Source of the DNA: a virus
Taxonomy: Duplodnaviria > Caudoviricetes
Direction: 5' to 3' (one strand)
Virus record (IMG/VR): IMGVR_UViG_3300033067_000480
Coordinates: 1 to 47,118 of that record
Length of the DNA: 47,118 nucleotides
How positions within the stretch are numbered: position 1 is the stretch's first letter; each line of letters begins with the position of its first letter. The notes beneath the pieces are model-generated. The model saw only the letters and a list, made by a program, of their open reading frames with translations, had not been told where the DNA came from and did no database searches. Positions 30,483 through 39,409 of the stretch are shown here, in pieces. The translations under genes were made by a program, and so were the position numbers.

Positions 30483-31232
30483 TTAAGCGGCTGCTTTAGC
30501 TTCGGCTTTGGCTTTTTTAGCTGCACCATCATAGTCAGCAACTTTGATGCCACGACGAGTCAGCAGGGTACGCAGACCACGTTCTGTTTTGTCAACAGCT
30601 GCTGCAATTTCAGCAACAGTCATAGTGGAGATTTTGTCGCCCAGTGCGGTCACTGGATCAACAGACTCTTTAGCGTGCGATTGCTTTTGTGCTGGAATCT
30701 TAGCGATCTGGCCTTTACGTGTCAGGCTCAGGGCTTTACCGCGAACGCTGGCAACAGTCTTGTTCAACTTGCTGGCAATATCTTCAATGAAGCTACCTGC
30801 ATCAGCCATCTTGATAAATGTGGCTTCTTCAGCTTCAGTGTAAGTACGGGCAACTTCAACTTTTTCGGCTGGCTTAACACTACCAGTCAGTTCCAGGGCC
30901 AACAGCTTGCCTTGGATTTGCTTTGCGGAGAACTTGCCGTCAGCAAAGTTTTCTGCGATTTCTTTGTAGGTCAAGTTACCTGCATTTGCTTGCACGAAGT
31001 CAGCGAGATCAGCGCCTTCATCAGCAGTAAAAGCAGAAGTTTTTTCCTTGGCCAGACTTGCAACTTCACGGTCTAGTTGACGCAGCTTGCTAGCAATTGA
31101 GCGAGTGGTTTTACCAAGTTGCTCAGATGCGCGCTCAACGGCTTCAACGCTAACGGGGCTTTCGCTACCAACGATGCTCATCAGTTGGTCAACAGCTTCG
31201 TCAGACCAGTTCTTAGTTGTTTTTTCAGTCAT
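30483..31232 (-). CDS. T5 D5-like DNA-binding protein (tandem HTH repeats)
   Basis: Repeated HTH-like units; T5 synteny. Confidence 0.8.
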   Translation of the reverse strand: MTEKTTKNWSDEAVDQLMSIVGSESPVSVEAVERASEQLGKTTRSIASKLRQLDREVASLAKEKTSAFTADEGADLADFVQANAGNLTYKEIAENFADGKFSAKQIQGKLLALELTGSVKPAEKVEVARTYTEAEEATFIKMADAGSFIEDIASKLNKTVASVRGKALSLTRKGQIAKIPAQKQSHAKESVDPVTALGDKISTMTVAEIAAAVDKTERGLRTLLTRRGIKVADYDGAAKKAKAEAKAAA

Positions 31233-31992
31233 TTTGTTTTTCTTTCAAGAAAGTATTTAGGTTTGTAATAATTTGAATACCGAGTGATTCGGCTTTTTTG
31301 CGTTTTGTACTAGCTTTATCTTCTTCATCAACCAAATAGTCTGTGGTTTTTGTTACAGACTCTACCGCTTTGTAGCCTGCGGCTTCCAGTGCTTGATATG
31401 CTTCTGCTTTGTTTTTGTAAGAAGATAACTTTCCAGTGATACAAACAGTCTTAGAATTATTGTTACTGGTTGTAGTGGAATTACGATTGGACTTGAATGA
31501 GAACGGCAAAAACTCTCTCAAGTCAGGGAAATCTGTTTCTAGCCAAGTTATAAGGTTTTCGGAGACTTTATCGCCTAGACCTGCTTCTTTGCATTTTTCA
31601 AATGTAATCTCGTCAATATGATCGACTACACCGCAGATTTTTTGAGAAGCCGTCTGGCCTACAAGGGTAATCGAAAAACTTGCTAGCACTGTGGCTAGAT
31701 CTGCCGACTTGGCACGTTCGATTTCATCAAGTAGTTTTGCGGCAGTTTTCTCACTACCTAGGGCTTCTGTTACGGAATCTAAATCCAGATAAAACAGTTC
31801 AGTCAAATCTTGCAAGTTGAGTTTCTCAACTGACCTTGGGCCCATGCCTTTAATGCCCAGGGTCTTGCAGAAGTGTTCAACTTTTTTACCTAGTTGAGCA
31901 CCGCAAGCTGTGTTACGACAAAATAATTGATCGTTGACCAATTCAAGTTTGTACGAACAGCAGGGACAGGTTGTTGGGATTTCGATCTTCAT
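31225..31992 (-). CDS. NAD-dependent DNA ligase, C-terminal subunit (Zn finger-HhH-BRCT)
   Basis: PTTCPCC...FCRN..C; IKGMG; BRCT VCITG...SVTKTTDYLV. Confidence 0.9.
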   Translation of the reverse strand: MKIEIPTTCPCCSYKLELVNDQLFCRNTACGAQLGKKVEHFCKTLGIKGMGPRSVEKLNLQDLTELFYLDLDSVTEALGSEKTAAKLLDEIERAKSADLATVLASFSITLVGQTASQKICGVVDHIDEITFEKCKEAGLGDKVSENLITWLETDFPDLREFLPFSFKSNRNSTTTSNNNSKTVCITGKLSSYKNKAEAYQALEAAGYKAVESVTKTTDYLVDEEDKASTKRKKAESLGIQIITNLNTFLKEKQND

Positions 31993-32016
31993 GTTGCTTT
32001 ATCAATTTATATATGT

Positions 32017-32045
32017 ATTATACCCGATTGGGAGGGCTACGACAA
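32017..32045 (-). promoter_or_regulatory. sigma70 promoter between the ligase halves
   Basis: TTGTCG-N17-TATAAT. Confidence 0.65.
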
Positions 32046-32075
32046 GTGTAAATTTTCACTGCCCGACCTGGTTGC

Positions 32076-33026
32076 TTATGCATCAACTTTGTGTAGGATA
32101 CACGGAATAATCTCGCCTGCACGAATAACGGCTACAGTATCACCAATACGCAAGTCTAGCATTTCAATAAATCCTGGATTGTTGAGGGTTGCTCTGGAGA
32201 CGAGGGCATCGCCAATATAAACAGGCTCCAGAATAGCAACTGGGCTGACTTTGCCACTTTTGCCAACTTGCCACTCAACTGCAAGTAGTTTTGTTTCCAC
32301 ATGGGCTGCTCGTTCTTTTTTAGCATACGCACCGCGCGGATGCTTGGCCGTATACCCCATTTCGTAAAACTGATGATTGTCGTTGACTCGGAAGACTACT
32401 CCATCACACGGAAATATTTTGTCCAAGTCTGGTTCATTGATTACTCCAAAGCCTGCCAAACGCAGGGCATTCATGTCTGCGTTAAAAGTATCATGCAGGC
32501 TAGGCTGTACGCCATACGCAAAGAAACTCAGGGCACGTTGACGGAACTCGGCAGGGTCTTTTAAGTTTAGAGCACCTGCAGCATAGTTGCGGCTATTCTC
32601 GATATTGATTGGAGCCACAATCTCGCCAGTGATCTGATAAACACCCTGAAATGGTACTTGTTGTGGTACAATAGGGTTGCCCAAGAACTTGTCAGTAACA
32701 ATCTGACCCTCTACACCATCTCCACGGGTAAGAACTCGAACAAGATTACCATCAACATAAAGTAGGCTGATAGCTGCCCCGTCCAGCTTAACACTGCTAG
32801 CAATGCCTCGAATGCCTTGGAGAGGTTGGGTACCTTCATCTTCATAATATTTTTGCAGTGAGTACATCTGGTACAGATGGCGTTCAGTTTTGGAATTTTG
32901 TTTAGCGCCCACGGCATTGTAGCCCACGCTCTCAGCAAGACGATCAAACTGCTCGTCTGTGATAAAGGGGCTACCGGCGTAGTAAGCTGCCGAGGCTGAA
33001 TCTAAATATTGTTTAATTTTGTTCAT
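32076..33026 (-). CDS. ligA: NAD-dependent DNA ligase, adenylation/OB subunit
   Basis: KLDG, TRGDG, RNYAAG, DGVV and RAGEIIP. Confidence 0.93.
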   Translation of the reverse strand: MNKIKQYLDSASAAYYAGSPFITDEQFDRLAESVGYNAVGAKQNSKTERHLYQMYSLQKYYEDEGTQPLQGIRGIASSVKLDGAAISLLYVDGNLVRVLTRGDGVEGQIVTDKFLGNPIVPQQVPFQGVYQITGEIVAPINIENSRNYAAGALNLKDPAEFRQRALSFFAYGVQPSLHDTFNADMNALRLAGFGVINEPDLDKIFPCDGVVFRVNDNHQFYEMGYTAKHPRGAYAKKERAAHVETKLLAVEWQVGKSGKVSPVAILEPVYIGDALVSRATLNNPGFIEMLDLRIGDTVAVIRAGEIIPCILHKVDA

Positions 33027-33033
33027 AACCTAT

Positions 33034-33062
33034 ATTATAGCAGTTTAGGGTCACAGAAACAA
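33034..33062 (-). promoter_or_regulatory. sigma70 promoter
   Basis: TTGTTT-N17-TATAAT. Confidence 0.6.
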
Positions 33063-33063
33063 G

Positions 33064-33405
33064 TTAGGATTTTAGTTTGTTACTATAGTGTTCGATGATT
33101 TCTGCGCCTTCAGCTACACTACAAATTTCAAACAAGCCATCCAAGATAGCATAAATATTTTCAGTACTAGCAGGAATACTAATACCTTCGCGACTAGGCA
33201 CCCAATCGCCTTCGTAGCTTAAGAAAAACTTACGAAGTTGAATATAGGTAACGTCTCGGAAATCATTGACAGCTAGGCGTACCTGAAACCCTTTATCTAG
33301 GTTTTCGTCAATGATACGGCTGTAGAGTATATTCTCGTCCACTTTAGGTGCATTCCATAGGTTGATTGGCCCAAAATGTAGATCTGGCCAGGTAATCTTT
33401 ATCAT
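33064..33405 (-). CDS. PC4-like ssDNA-binding protein
   Basis: VNDFRDVTYIQLRKFF....W.PSREGISIP. Confidence 0.75.
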   Translation of the reverse strand: MIKITWPDLHFGPINLWNAPKVDENILYSRIIDENLDKGFQVRLAVNDFRDVTYIQLRKFFLSYEGDWVPSREGISIPASTENIYAILDGLFEICSVAEGAEIIEHYSNKLKS

Positions 33406-33411
33406 GTATAA

Positions 33412-33657
33412 TTATTGAGGTTTTGGCGCCTGTATAATTCTTTGCAAGCTCTCGGGTGTTGCTGGTACTGCCCAATGTGTAGCAGCCCAGTCAGTGATGC
33501 AATTATTTTCACTGATCTGTGACTCACGCCCTACATTACGCATACGACCGCACCAGTATTCCCAGTACTCAGCAAGTATGGCCGTATCAGACCATACTTG
33601 CCAGATTGGTTCCACTGATTTAGCATTTACAGGCTCACAGTAAATCCAGTATCTCAT
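33412..33657 (-). CDS. Hypothetical Trp-rich protein
   Basis: ORF coupled to its neighbour. Confidence 0.6.
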   Translation of the reverse strand: MRYWIYCEPVNAKSVEPIWQVWSDTAILAEYWEYWCGRMRNVGRESQISENNCITDWAATHWAVPATPESLQRIIQAPKPQ

Positions 33658-34280
33658 ACGCGAACTCCAAGCTCGCGCAAGTGTTCTAGCGATGCTAGCT
33701 CATATGCCTCTTGGTTTGCACTCTGCAACCACTTTTCAGCCAACAACCATACACGATAGATATAACCATACTTCTCGGTTTTGGTTTCTGCCTCAATACG
33801 TGCTAGGCTATCATAGCGTGCGCTGTACACTACTTCGCCTACACGGAAGCGGTTACGTACAGCACCGTCTGGTACTAGCTCAGGCGTAAAGTAGCTGTGT
33901 CCAGGTACACGAATTGGCACTGCGTTTTCTTCTAGGATACGCTTGATAAATGTTGGTGACCGATAAGTCATCTTTGAAATAGCATCCACAGTCTCGCCGT
34001 TGATGTACTCACTAATAATGTAAACAATATCTTCACGCGTAGCAGGCTTGCCACGAAGTTCTGCACGACGTTTTGCGTTACGGGCCTGACGCTCTTTGAA
34101 TTGTTCAATGATGGTACCAAGACGCGTAGTGTTATACGCCATGCCAAGAATCTGGCAAGCGTCTTTTTTGGTAATAGGCTTCTGACCTTCTTCTTGCGGT
34201 TCAAGCAAGCGAATAACACGACTAATGTTGGCATCAGTCATCAATTCTTCTTCTAGTTCACTACGTTTCTTGGTTGCCAT
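33654..34280 (-). CDS. T5 D2-like DNA-binding protein
   Basis: TKKDACQILG HTH-like segment; synteny. Confidence 0.65.
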   Translation of the reverse strand: MATKKRSELEEELMTDANISRVIRLLEPQEEGQKPITKKDACQILGMAYNTTRLGTIIEQFKERQARNAKRRAELRGKPATREDIVYIISEYINGETVDAISKMTYRSPTFIKRILEENAVPIRVPGHSYFTPELVPDGAVRNRFRVGEVVYSARYDSLARIEAETKTEKYGYIYRVWLLAEKWLQSANQEAYELASLEHLRELGVRV

Positions 34281-34281
34281 A

Positions 34282-34602
34282 TTAGTCCTTAATTAGTTGA
34301 GTTGCTAAAGCCGGGTTTTGTGCTATTGCAATAGCTTTTAGCAGAGTCGAACTATCAATTATACTGTGTTTAGGTGTAGGTGTCAAGTCTAAAGTTTCTT
34401 CTGCGTGTGTATCCAGACAGTTGTAGTTTACTGGACTTATCCAGGTGTACACCTTATCGGGAAATATCAATACCGCGCCGCCGCCGTTTTCAATTAACCA
34501 AAGCTCTGGCTCACGAGGTGCTGGGTACTTTAATAGCTCACTGTAGTAATCTGCGGCCGGTAGCACAATCCGGTGATTGATGTTGATTTTTGCAAAATCC
34601 AT
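34282..34602 (-). CDS. Hypothetical protein
   Basis: Intact ORF with SD. Confidence 0.65.
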   Translation of the reverse strand: MDFAKININHRIVLPAADYYSELLKYPAPREPELWLIENGGGAVLIFPDKVYTWISPVNYNCLDTHAEETLDLTPTPKHSIIDSSTLLKAIAIAQNPALATQLIKD

Positions 34603-34619
34603 GTTTATTCCCTAAATGC

Positions 34620-34642
34620 AAAAAAGCGGCCGAAGCCGCTTT
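34620..34642 (-). terminator. Intrinsic terminator
   Basis: AAAGCGGC-UUCG-GCCGCUUUUUU. Confidence 0.85.
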
Positions 34643-34644
34643 GA

Positions 34645-35010
34645 TTACTTGAGTACGCTCAGGAAGTAAACTGCGGCTTTGCCGGTCAGTTTGCTCAAGA
34701 TGTCTTCGTCAACTGGTTTGCCTGCATCTTCAATAGCGGCTTTGAGATCAGCAATAGCAGATTCTTTGCTTACACGAGCTGGCTTGTCACCACTAGCGGC
34801 AGTTTTAGTTTTGCTGGTAGATGCTGCACCAGGGTCTTTTTTCACATAAACGCCAGCTTGCACTAGCACCATGCGAACGCCGTTAGGCGATTGCTCAAAT
34901 TCTTCTGCAATGTCTTTGATGATTTCGGTCGAATTCTCAGGAGTAGGGCCTGCGGCTTCGTATTTTGCGATAACTTCTTGTTTGAGTTCGTCTGTCCAAG
35001 TTGCTGCCAT
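34645..35010 (-). CDS. T5 D3-like protein
   Basis: WTDELK...IAEE...SPNGVRMVL..AGVYVKK...KLTGKAA. Confidence 0.75.
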   Translation of the reverse strand: MAATWTDELKQEVIAKYEAAGPTPENSTEIIKDIAEEFEQSPNGVRMVLVQAGVYVKKDPGAASTSKTKTAASGDKPARVSKESAIADLKAAIEDAGKPVDEDILSKLTGKAAVYFLSVLK

Positions 35011-35039
35011 GATATGTTCTTTCTGTGATTTAAAATAGT

Positions 35040-35068
35040 ATTATACAGTGTATAGCTGTGTTATTCAA
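35040..35068 (-). promoter_or_regulatory. sigma70 promoter
   Basis: TTGAAT-N17-TATAAT. Confidence 0.7.
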
Positions 35069-35078
35069 GTTTGAGTTT

Positions 35079-35351
35079 TTAGACGAATTCTGTAGTCACA
35101 TTGGTCATGCGGCTGGGAACGAAACGTCTGTATTGATGTTGAAGATCAAATTCAGCATACAACTGCATACGGCGATTATACGTTTCGTCTTCAAGCTGTT
35201 TAAGCTGTTGGACAAAATCTGCATAACTATCCATATCTAGTCCGCTAACGTCAACACCTTCAATATGTTCAGTAGGGGTCACCAACTCAACCAGTGTGCG
35301 TTGTGAAACTTCGCCATTGGGTTTTGTGTATGTGAATTCTTTGATTTTCAT
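35079..35351 (-). CDS. Hypothetical protein (WYL-like N-terminus)
   Basis: FTYTKPNGEVSQR...RRF. Confidence 0.6.
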   Translation of the reverse strand: MKIKEFTYTKPNGEVSQRTLVELVTPTEHIEGVDVSGLDMDSYADFVQQLKQLEDETYNRRMQLYAEFDLQHQYRRFVPSRMTNVTTEFV

Positions 35352-35383
35352 TGTTGTGCCTTTGTGTGTCTGTCTAAGTATAT

Positions 35384-35412
35384 ATTATATCAAATAAACA
35401 CAGTATCTGCAA
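35384..35412 (-). promoter_or_regulatory. sigma70 promoter
   Basis: TTGCAG-N17-TATAAT. Confidence 0.65.
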
Positions 35413-35414
35413 AT

Positions 35415-35684
35415 TTAAATTTCGGGATCTGGTCTCAAGATTTCCTTGCGTAAGCCGTCTTCAAATTTGCCAGCCATTTCACTACTAAACATGGGGAATA
35501 GCAGCATCGGGGCAACAATGGCACTTACTAACACGTATACCACGGTACTCAGTTTAGGGTACTCGGTAAAGCTATTGGAAATATCAGAGGATTTTGCTTC
35601 ACGCAAGAGTGGAATAAACCAGAAATAACACGCACTAATTGAGATACTAAATGCGAATAGCAGGTAGTAGCCAATTAGTTCCAT
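35415..35684 (-). CDS. Two-TM membrane protein
   Basis: Two hydrophobic segments. Confidence 0.65.
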   Translation of the reverse strand: MELIGYYLLFAFSISISACYFWFIPLLREAKSSDISNSFTEYPKLSTVVYVLVSAIVAPMLLFPMFSSEMAGKFEDGLRKEILRPDPEI

Positions 35685-36061
35685 GTTTTTCCTTCTCGCA
35701 TAAATGCACGAGCACCGATTGAGAAGTCAACTTTGCCTTGTGGCAGGTTGACAAAGACTTTGTTGCTGGGTGTGCTCATGGCAGCTTGTTGCACTTTAGG
35801 GTTAGAACTAAACAGTTCTTTAGGAGCGCGACCAGTAAACTCTTTGAACAGTTTAGCTAAACGGATCGCACTATGCGACCACTGTGGGTTGTTAGGAGCT
35901 TTACGCTTTGTGCCCACTTCAAGCAGCGCGTTCTGCACTTGTGCATTATTAGGCTGGGCACGTAGTGTACGCTCCAGACGACGCTTGCGGTTTGCTTGAG
36001 TACGAGCAACACCAGGTGGTGTTGCATTAGCGGCGGGTTGAGCTTTAGATTTAGTTGCCAT
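35675..36061 (-). CDS. Basic hypothetical protein
   Basis: NRKRRLER...PNN pattern; coupled ORF. Confidence 0.7.
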   Translation of the reverse strand: MATKSKAQPAANATPPGVARTQANRKRRLERTLRAQPNNAQVQNALLEVGTKRKAPNNPQWSHSAIRLAKLFKEFTGRAPKELFSSNPKVQQAAMSTPSNKVFVNLPQGKVDFSIGARAFMREGKTWN

Positions 36062-36291
36062 TATTTGATTTTCCTGATTTTATAGATATTTGTGCCGTGA
36101 TCTAGCTTCATTTCGATTGCGCGAGCTGTAGCTAGAAACTCCAGGACTTGAAAAGCCTCGCCATATGTTTGTATCACTGTGGAAGGCTTGTTTACGGTAT
36201 CGCTAACGTGTTTTAAGTAGTCCAGCGTTACCACAGTATATTCAGTGTCCGAAAGGCCAGCTAGCAGTTCCCTGAAAGGATTCACCGTCAT
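36061..36291 (-). CDS. Hypothetical protein
   Basis: Start MTVNPF chosen to limit overlap. Confidence 0.55.
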   Translation of the reverse strand: MTVNPFRELLAGLSDTEYTVVTLDYLKHVSDTVNKPSTVIQTYGEAFQVLEFLATARAIEMKLDHGTNIYKIRKIK

Positions 36292-36607
36292 ATTTGATTT
36301 CAGAATCGTCAACATATCCTTGGGTATCACTTTCCATAAAGTCAATAATAGTTTCGGTGGCTTTGGTAAGACTGTACAAGCCGTAAATGTGTTGCAGTAC
36401 GCGCATCAAGTCTGGAATAGCTTCTACACTAACTGGAATACTACGGCCACAGGTATCGGTGATAACAAAGTCTTCCATGCCGCCAGCATTGGTTGCATAC
36501 TCAATTTGATTGTAATAGAAGTTACCTGACTCGTCAGGGCCTAGCAAGTTGTCGTCACCAAATGCGTCAATGTCAGCGTGGGGAACTTGGTTAAAATTAA
36601 TTTTCAT
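36242..36607 (-). CDS. Acidic hypothetical protein
   Basis: ORF directly behind a promoter. Confidence 0.65.
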   Translation of the reverse strand: MKINFNQVPHADIDAFGDDNLLGPDESGNFYYNQIEYATNAGGMEDFVITDTCGRSIPVSVEAIPDLMRVLQHIYGLYSLTKATETIIDFMESDTQGYVDDSEIKYDGESFQGTASWPFGH

Positions 36608-36642
36608 GTGATTTTGTGGTTGGATTGCGTTGTTAAAGAATA

Positions 36643-36671
36643 ATTATATCAAAAAGTAGTCACTGTTTCAA
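36643..36671 (-). promoter_or_regulatory. sigma70 promoter
   Basis: TTGAAA-N17-TATAAT. Confidence 0.7.
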
Positions 36672-36689
36672 GTGAATATTTCCACATAC

Positions 36690-36716
36690 AAAAAAGCCCC
36701 CTTAAGCGGGGGCTTT
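36690..36716 (-). terminator. Intrinsic terminator ending the tRNA region
   Basis: AAAGCCCCC stem plus U-tract. Confidence 0.8.
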
Positions 36717-36725
36717 GGTGGTTGG

Positions 36726-36802
36726 TGGTGCGCCGAGCAGGACTTGAACCCGCGACCAACCGATTATGAGTCGGCTGCTCTAACCAACTGAGCTATCAGC
36801 GC
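36726..36802 (-). tRNA. tRNA-Ile2(CAU) (lysidine type; Met possible)
   Basis: Cloverleaf, loop CUCAUAA, resembles enterobacterial ileX, CCA encoded. Confidence 0.85.
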
Positions 36803-36951
36803 AAACTGTCCATTATTTCACGACGTTGCTGGTGTGTGTACTTGACCCAATTAACAACTTGTTCTAGTGTGCGCCGGCACACTACACACTGTTGCAATTT
36901 AGGGTCTAAGTTACACCGTTGCTGGCAAGGTGACTCAATCTGCGAACTCAA
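36796..36951 (-). CDS. DUF1289-like small Cys-rich (Fe-S?) protein; not in the ORF track
   Basis: [12 protein letters not shown]....[14 protein letters not shown]......RREI; TTG start; stop overlaps the tRNA 5' end. Confidence 0.7.
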   Translation of the reverse strand: MSSQIESPCQQRCNLDPKLQQCVVCRRTLEQVVNWVKYTHQQRREIMDSLR

Positions 36952-37069
36952 TGTAGTCCGATTTGCCTACGCCGCACTCTGGGCACTCAAAGTCGTCAGG
37001 CAAGTCTTCCCACTTACCTTCAACTGCTTCGTCATGTACGTGATCGCAAACTACGCAAATATATGTCAT
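36935..37069 (-). CDS. Rubredoxin (44 aa); not in the ORF track
   Basis: [14 protein letters not shown]...[20 protein letters not shown]. Confidence 0.9.
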   Translation of the reverse strand: MTYICVVCDHVHDEAVEGKWEDLPDDFECPECGVGKSDYIEFAD

Positions 37070-37518
37070 TTTACTGTGTCCCAAACTTGTTGATATGCTT
37101 CTGCGTGGCGTTGCTCCACGCGCTTTAGTGCTGCAAAACGTTTTTCAGCTTTGGCTAGGATTGCTGCAAATTCTTCTGCGTGTTGTTTTGATTCTGAGGC
37201 TTGCAGTCGAGCTTCCAGCATGGCTTCATCATTGCGCTCAAGTTCTGCTTGTTCTTCCATACGAGGGTACATTTCTGTGTACTCGTAGGTCTCGCCTTCG
37301 ATGGCTTTTTCTAGGCAGACTTTGGTACTTGGTCGGCCAATGAGTAGCTCAAGGTGACCCCAAGCGTGTTTTAGTTCTTGAGCCGCAGTGTGCTCAAAGT
37401 GGTCGGCAACTTCTTGATAGCCTTCTTCACGAGCAATACGAGCAAAGTAAAGATACTTTGCGTGTGCCATTGACTCACCAGCTAGTGCGCCTTCTAGGTT
37501 TTTTAGTGTTAGCGACAT
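37066..37518 (-). CDS. rbr: Rubrerythrin (short, diiron domain only)
   Basis: [42 protein letters not shown] and EQRH. Confidence 0.92.
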   Translation of the reverse strand: MSLTLKNLEGALAGESMAHAKYLYFARIAREEGYQEVADHFEHTAAQELKHAWGHLELLIGRPSTKVCLEKAIEGETYEYTEMYPRMEEQAELERNDEAMLEARLQASESKQHAEEFAAILAKAEKRFAALKRVEQRHAEAYQQVWDTVK

Positions 37519-38033
37519 TGTTTTTTAATTTCCTCTAGTGAAATCGGTGTGTAGTTAATACGTTCCATGCCAACATTAAAATAACGTCGGTCTGGGATTT
37601 GTGAAAGTGGCATCTTAACCACGTTGTAGTGCAGGTGACCATGAACATTCAAGCCCCAGCGAGCTAGTGACTCGCTGTGAATTGGGATGTGTGTCATAAC
37701 CAAGCCCTCAAACTGGTGTGAGCCGCGAATATCTTTAAAGTATTTTAAGTACGCGGCTGGTTTGCACTGGTCATGATTGCCTTTGATTAAAATCTTCTCG
37801 CCGTTCATACGGGCCAAGATTTCTAGTCCACGGCCTTTGCGATCCATACAAACATCGCCTAGGAAGTAGGTTTTGTCGCCTGGACGAACTACACTATTGT
37901 GTGCATTAACCATGTGTTCGTTCATGTGGTCAACATCCTGGAAAGCACGTAGTGGCGTGCCGTCGTCACGCTTGAATGTTAAGATGTTGGCATGGTGAAA
38001 GTGGTGGTCGGACGCAAAAAAGATATTAGCCAT
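37509..38033 (-). CDS. Calcineurin-like metallophosphoesterase
   Basis: SDHHFHH, LGD, GNHD and HGHLH. Confidence 0.9.
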   Translation of the reverse strand: MANIFFASDHHFHHANILTFKRDDGTPLRAFQDVDHMNEHMVNAHNSVVRPGDKTYFLGDVCMDRKGRGLEILARMNGEKILIKGNHDQCKPAAYLKYFKDIRGSHQFEGLVMTHIPIHSESLARWGLNVHGHLHYNVVKMPLSQIPDRRYFNVGMERINYTPISLEEIKKQCR

Positions 38034-38329
38034 TAGTATTCCTGCCAGCTTGTGTCGCCACCAATGCGGTGGCCGTCATGTTTATCTGGATCGTAGTCTT
38101 GGAAGCTACCTTCGATGCCGTCACTATAAGACTCGTCATCTTCATCAAAGTCTGGTTCGTCCTCGTACTCATGACGAGGATAGATGCCGTACATTTCAGC
38201 ATTATCTTTGGCACGATCCCAGGCTAGTGCATCTAGCTCGTCTTCGGTTAGGGTGGCCGGTACTTGCCAGAACTCCCATGCGTCCATGCCACAGTAACCA
38301 GTATGTAAAAATAGCACAATTTTACGCAT
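38033..38329 (-). CDS. Acidic hypothetical protein
   Basis: AAGGA SD; follows a promoter. Confidence 0.7.
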   Translation of the reverse strand: MRKIVLFLHTGYCGMDAWEFWQVPATLTEDELDALAWDRAKDNAEMYGIYPRHEYEDEPDFDEDDESYSDGIEGSFQDYDPDKHDGHRIGGDTSWQEY

Positions 38330-38367
38330 ATAAGTTCCTTAAATAGAAAATCCCCGAACAAGTAGTT

Positions 38368-38396
38368 ATTATACTCGATTCGGGGACTATATTCAA
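38368..38396 (-). promoter_or_regulatory. sigma70 promoter overlapped by a terminator-like hairpin
   Basis: TTGAAT-N17-TATAAT; TCCCCGAA/TTCGGGGA inverted repeat brackets the -10. Confidence 0.65.
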
Positions 38397-38415
38397 GATT
38401 AAAATTCTTGTTGTT

Positions 38416-38490
38416 TGGTACATCCTGACGGGTTTGAACCGCCGACCCTCTCGGTGTAAACGAGACGCTCTACCGCTGAGCTAAGGATGC
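38416..38490 (-). tRNA. tRNA-Val(UAC)
   Basis: Cloverleaf, loop UUUACAC, CCA. Confidence 0.92.
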
Positions 38491-38496
38491 ATTATG

Positions 38497-38570
38497 TGGA
38501 GCGGCCAGGGGAAGTCGAATCCCACTCTGCACAGCTTGGAAGGCTGGCGACTCACCTTGAGCTTGGCCGC
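38497..38570 (-). tRNA. tRNA-Gly(UCC)
   Basis: Loop CUUCCAA, U73, CCA. Confidence 0.9.
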
Positions 38571-38571
38571 A

Positions 38572-38775
38572 TTAATTCTTTAGTTGTGGAACGTACTCGC
38601 TACCAGCACCTTGTGCGCCTGGTTTACCTACCATATCTTGGTAGTCACTAACCATTGTAACGTAGTTGTATCCTTGCTTACGTAGTAGGTCTACATAAAC
38701 CAGTGTGTTTTGTAGTTGTTTGATTTCACAACTTTTGGCTTCGCCAAATATATCTGTCCAGTAAACTTTATACAT
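38572..38775 (-). CDS. Hypothetical protein
   Basis: Start MYKVYW downstream of tRNA-Gly. Confidence 0.65.
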   Translation of the reverse strand: MYKVYWTDIFGEAKSCEIKQLQNTLVYVDLLRKQGYNYVTMVSDYQDMVGKPGAQGAGSEYVPQLKN

Positions 38776-38785
38776 ATTATTTGTG

Positions 38786-38861
38786 TGGTGCGGGCTACAG
38801 GGTTCGAACCTGCGACCTGAACGTTGGCAACGTTCTGCTCTACCAGCTGAGCTAAGCACGC
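38786..38861 (-). tRNA. tRNA-Gly(GCC)
   Basis: Loop UUGCCAA, CCA; A73. Confidence 0.92.
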
Positions 38862-38862
38862 A

Positions 38863-39189
38863 TTAAAAGGGCACATCACCTTCTTCAAAGGTGGTATCGT
38901 AATCTTGACGAGAAGCTATTTCGGCTAGGTATTCATATTTATTGCCGTCCATGTAGGGGGCAACTTCTTCTGCTTCGTGTATCTGCCATTTGGCAAAACT
39001 AGCCTGCTCTTGAATTAGCTCAATAGCTTCCTGCTGAAACTTAACGTAGCCAGATTTCTCTGCCCAGATTAAGTATTCGTAATGATCTTGGGCCACATCA
39101 CATACACGACAACCTTTTAGCTTGCCGAATGTGATTGTATCAGTTAGACCCAATTTAGGGTTTTTGATGTTTTTGAATGATATAGCCAT
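38863..39189 (-). CDS. Hypothetical protein
   Basis: ITFGKLKG...EYLIW motif; C-terminal DVPF. Confidence 0.7.
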   Translation of the reverse strand: MAISFKNIKNPKLGLTDTITFGKLKGCRVCDVAQDHYEYLIWAEKSGYVKFQQEAIELIQEQASFAKWQIHEAEEVAPYMDGNKYEYLAEIASRQDYDTTFEEGDVPF

Positions 39190-39256
39190 AAGAAAGTCTA
39201 CTAAGTTACAAGCACTTTAACCGGTATTAGCTCGTTGTTCTCAATAGACTTACTTA

Positions 39257-39348
39257 TGGCGGAAAGCAGAGGAGTCGAACCCCATCCCTGTTAAGAGAAC
39301 CTGGTTTTCAAGGCCAGTCGCAGGACCATCCCCGCTGCATTACTTTCC
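39257..39348 (-). tRNA. tRNA-Ser(UGA)
   Basis: Loop CUUGAAA, long variable arm, G73, CCA. Confidence 0.9.
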
Positions 39349-39409
39349 AAACCGCTTACGATTATGCGGAGTATGTGTTGATGCCGGTTAAGGCCCATAC
39401 CGATTAATT

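Noticed and set aside
38776-38859. N-terminal extension of the 95-aa ORF
   Set aside because: Lies within tRNA-Gly(GCC)
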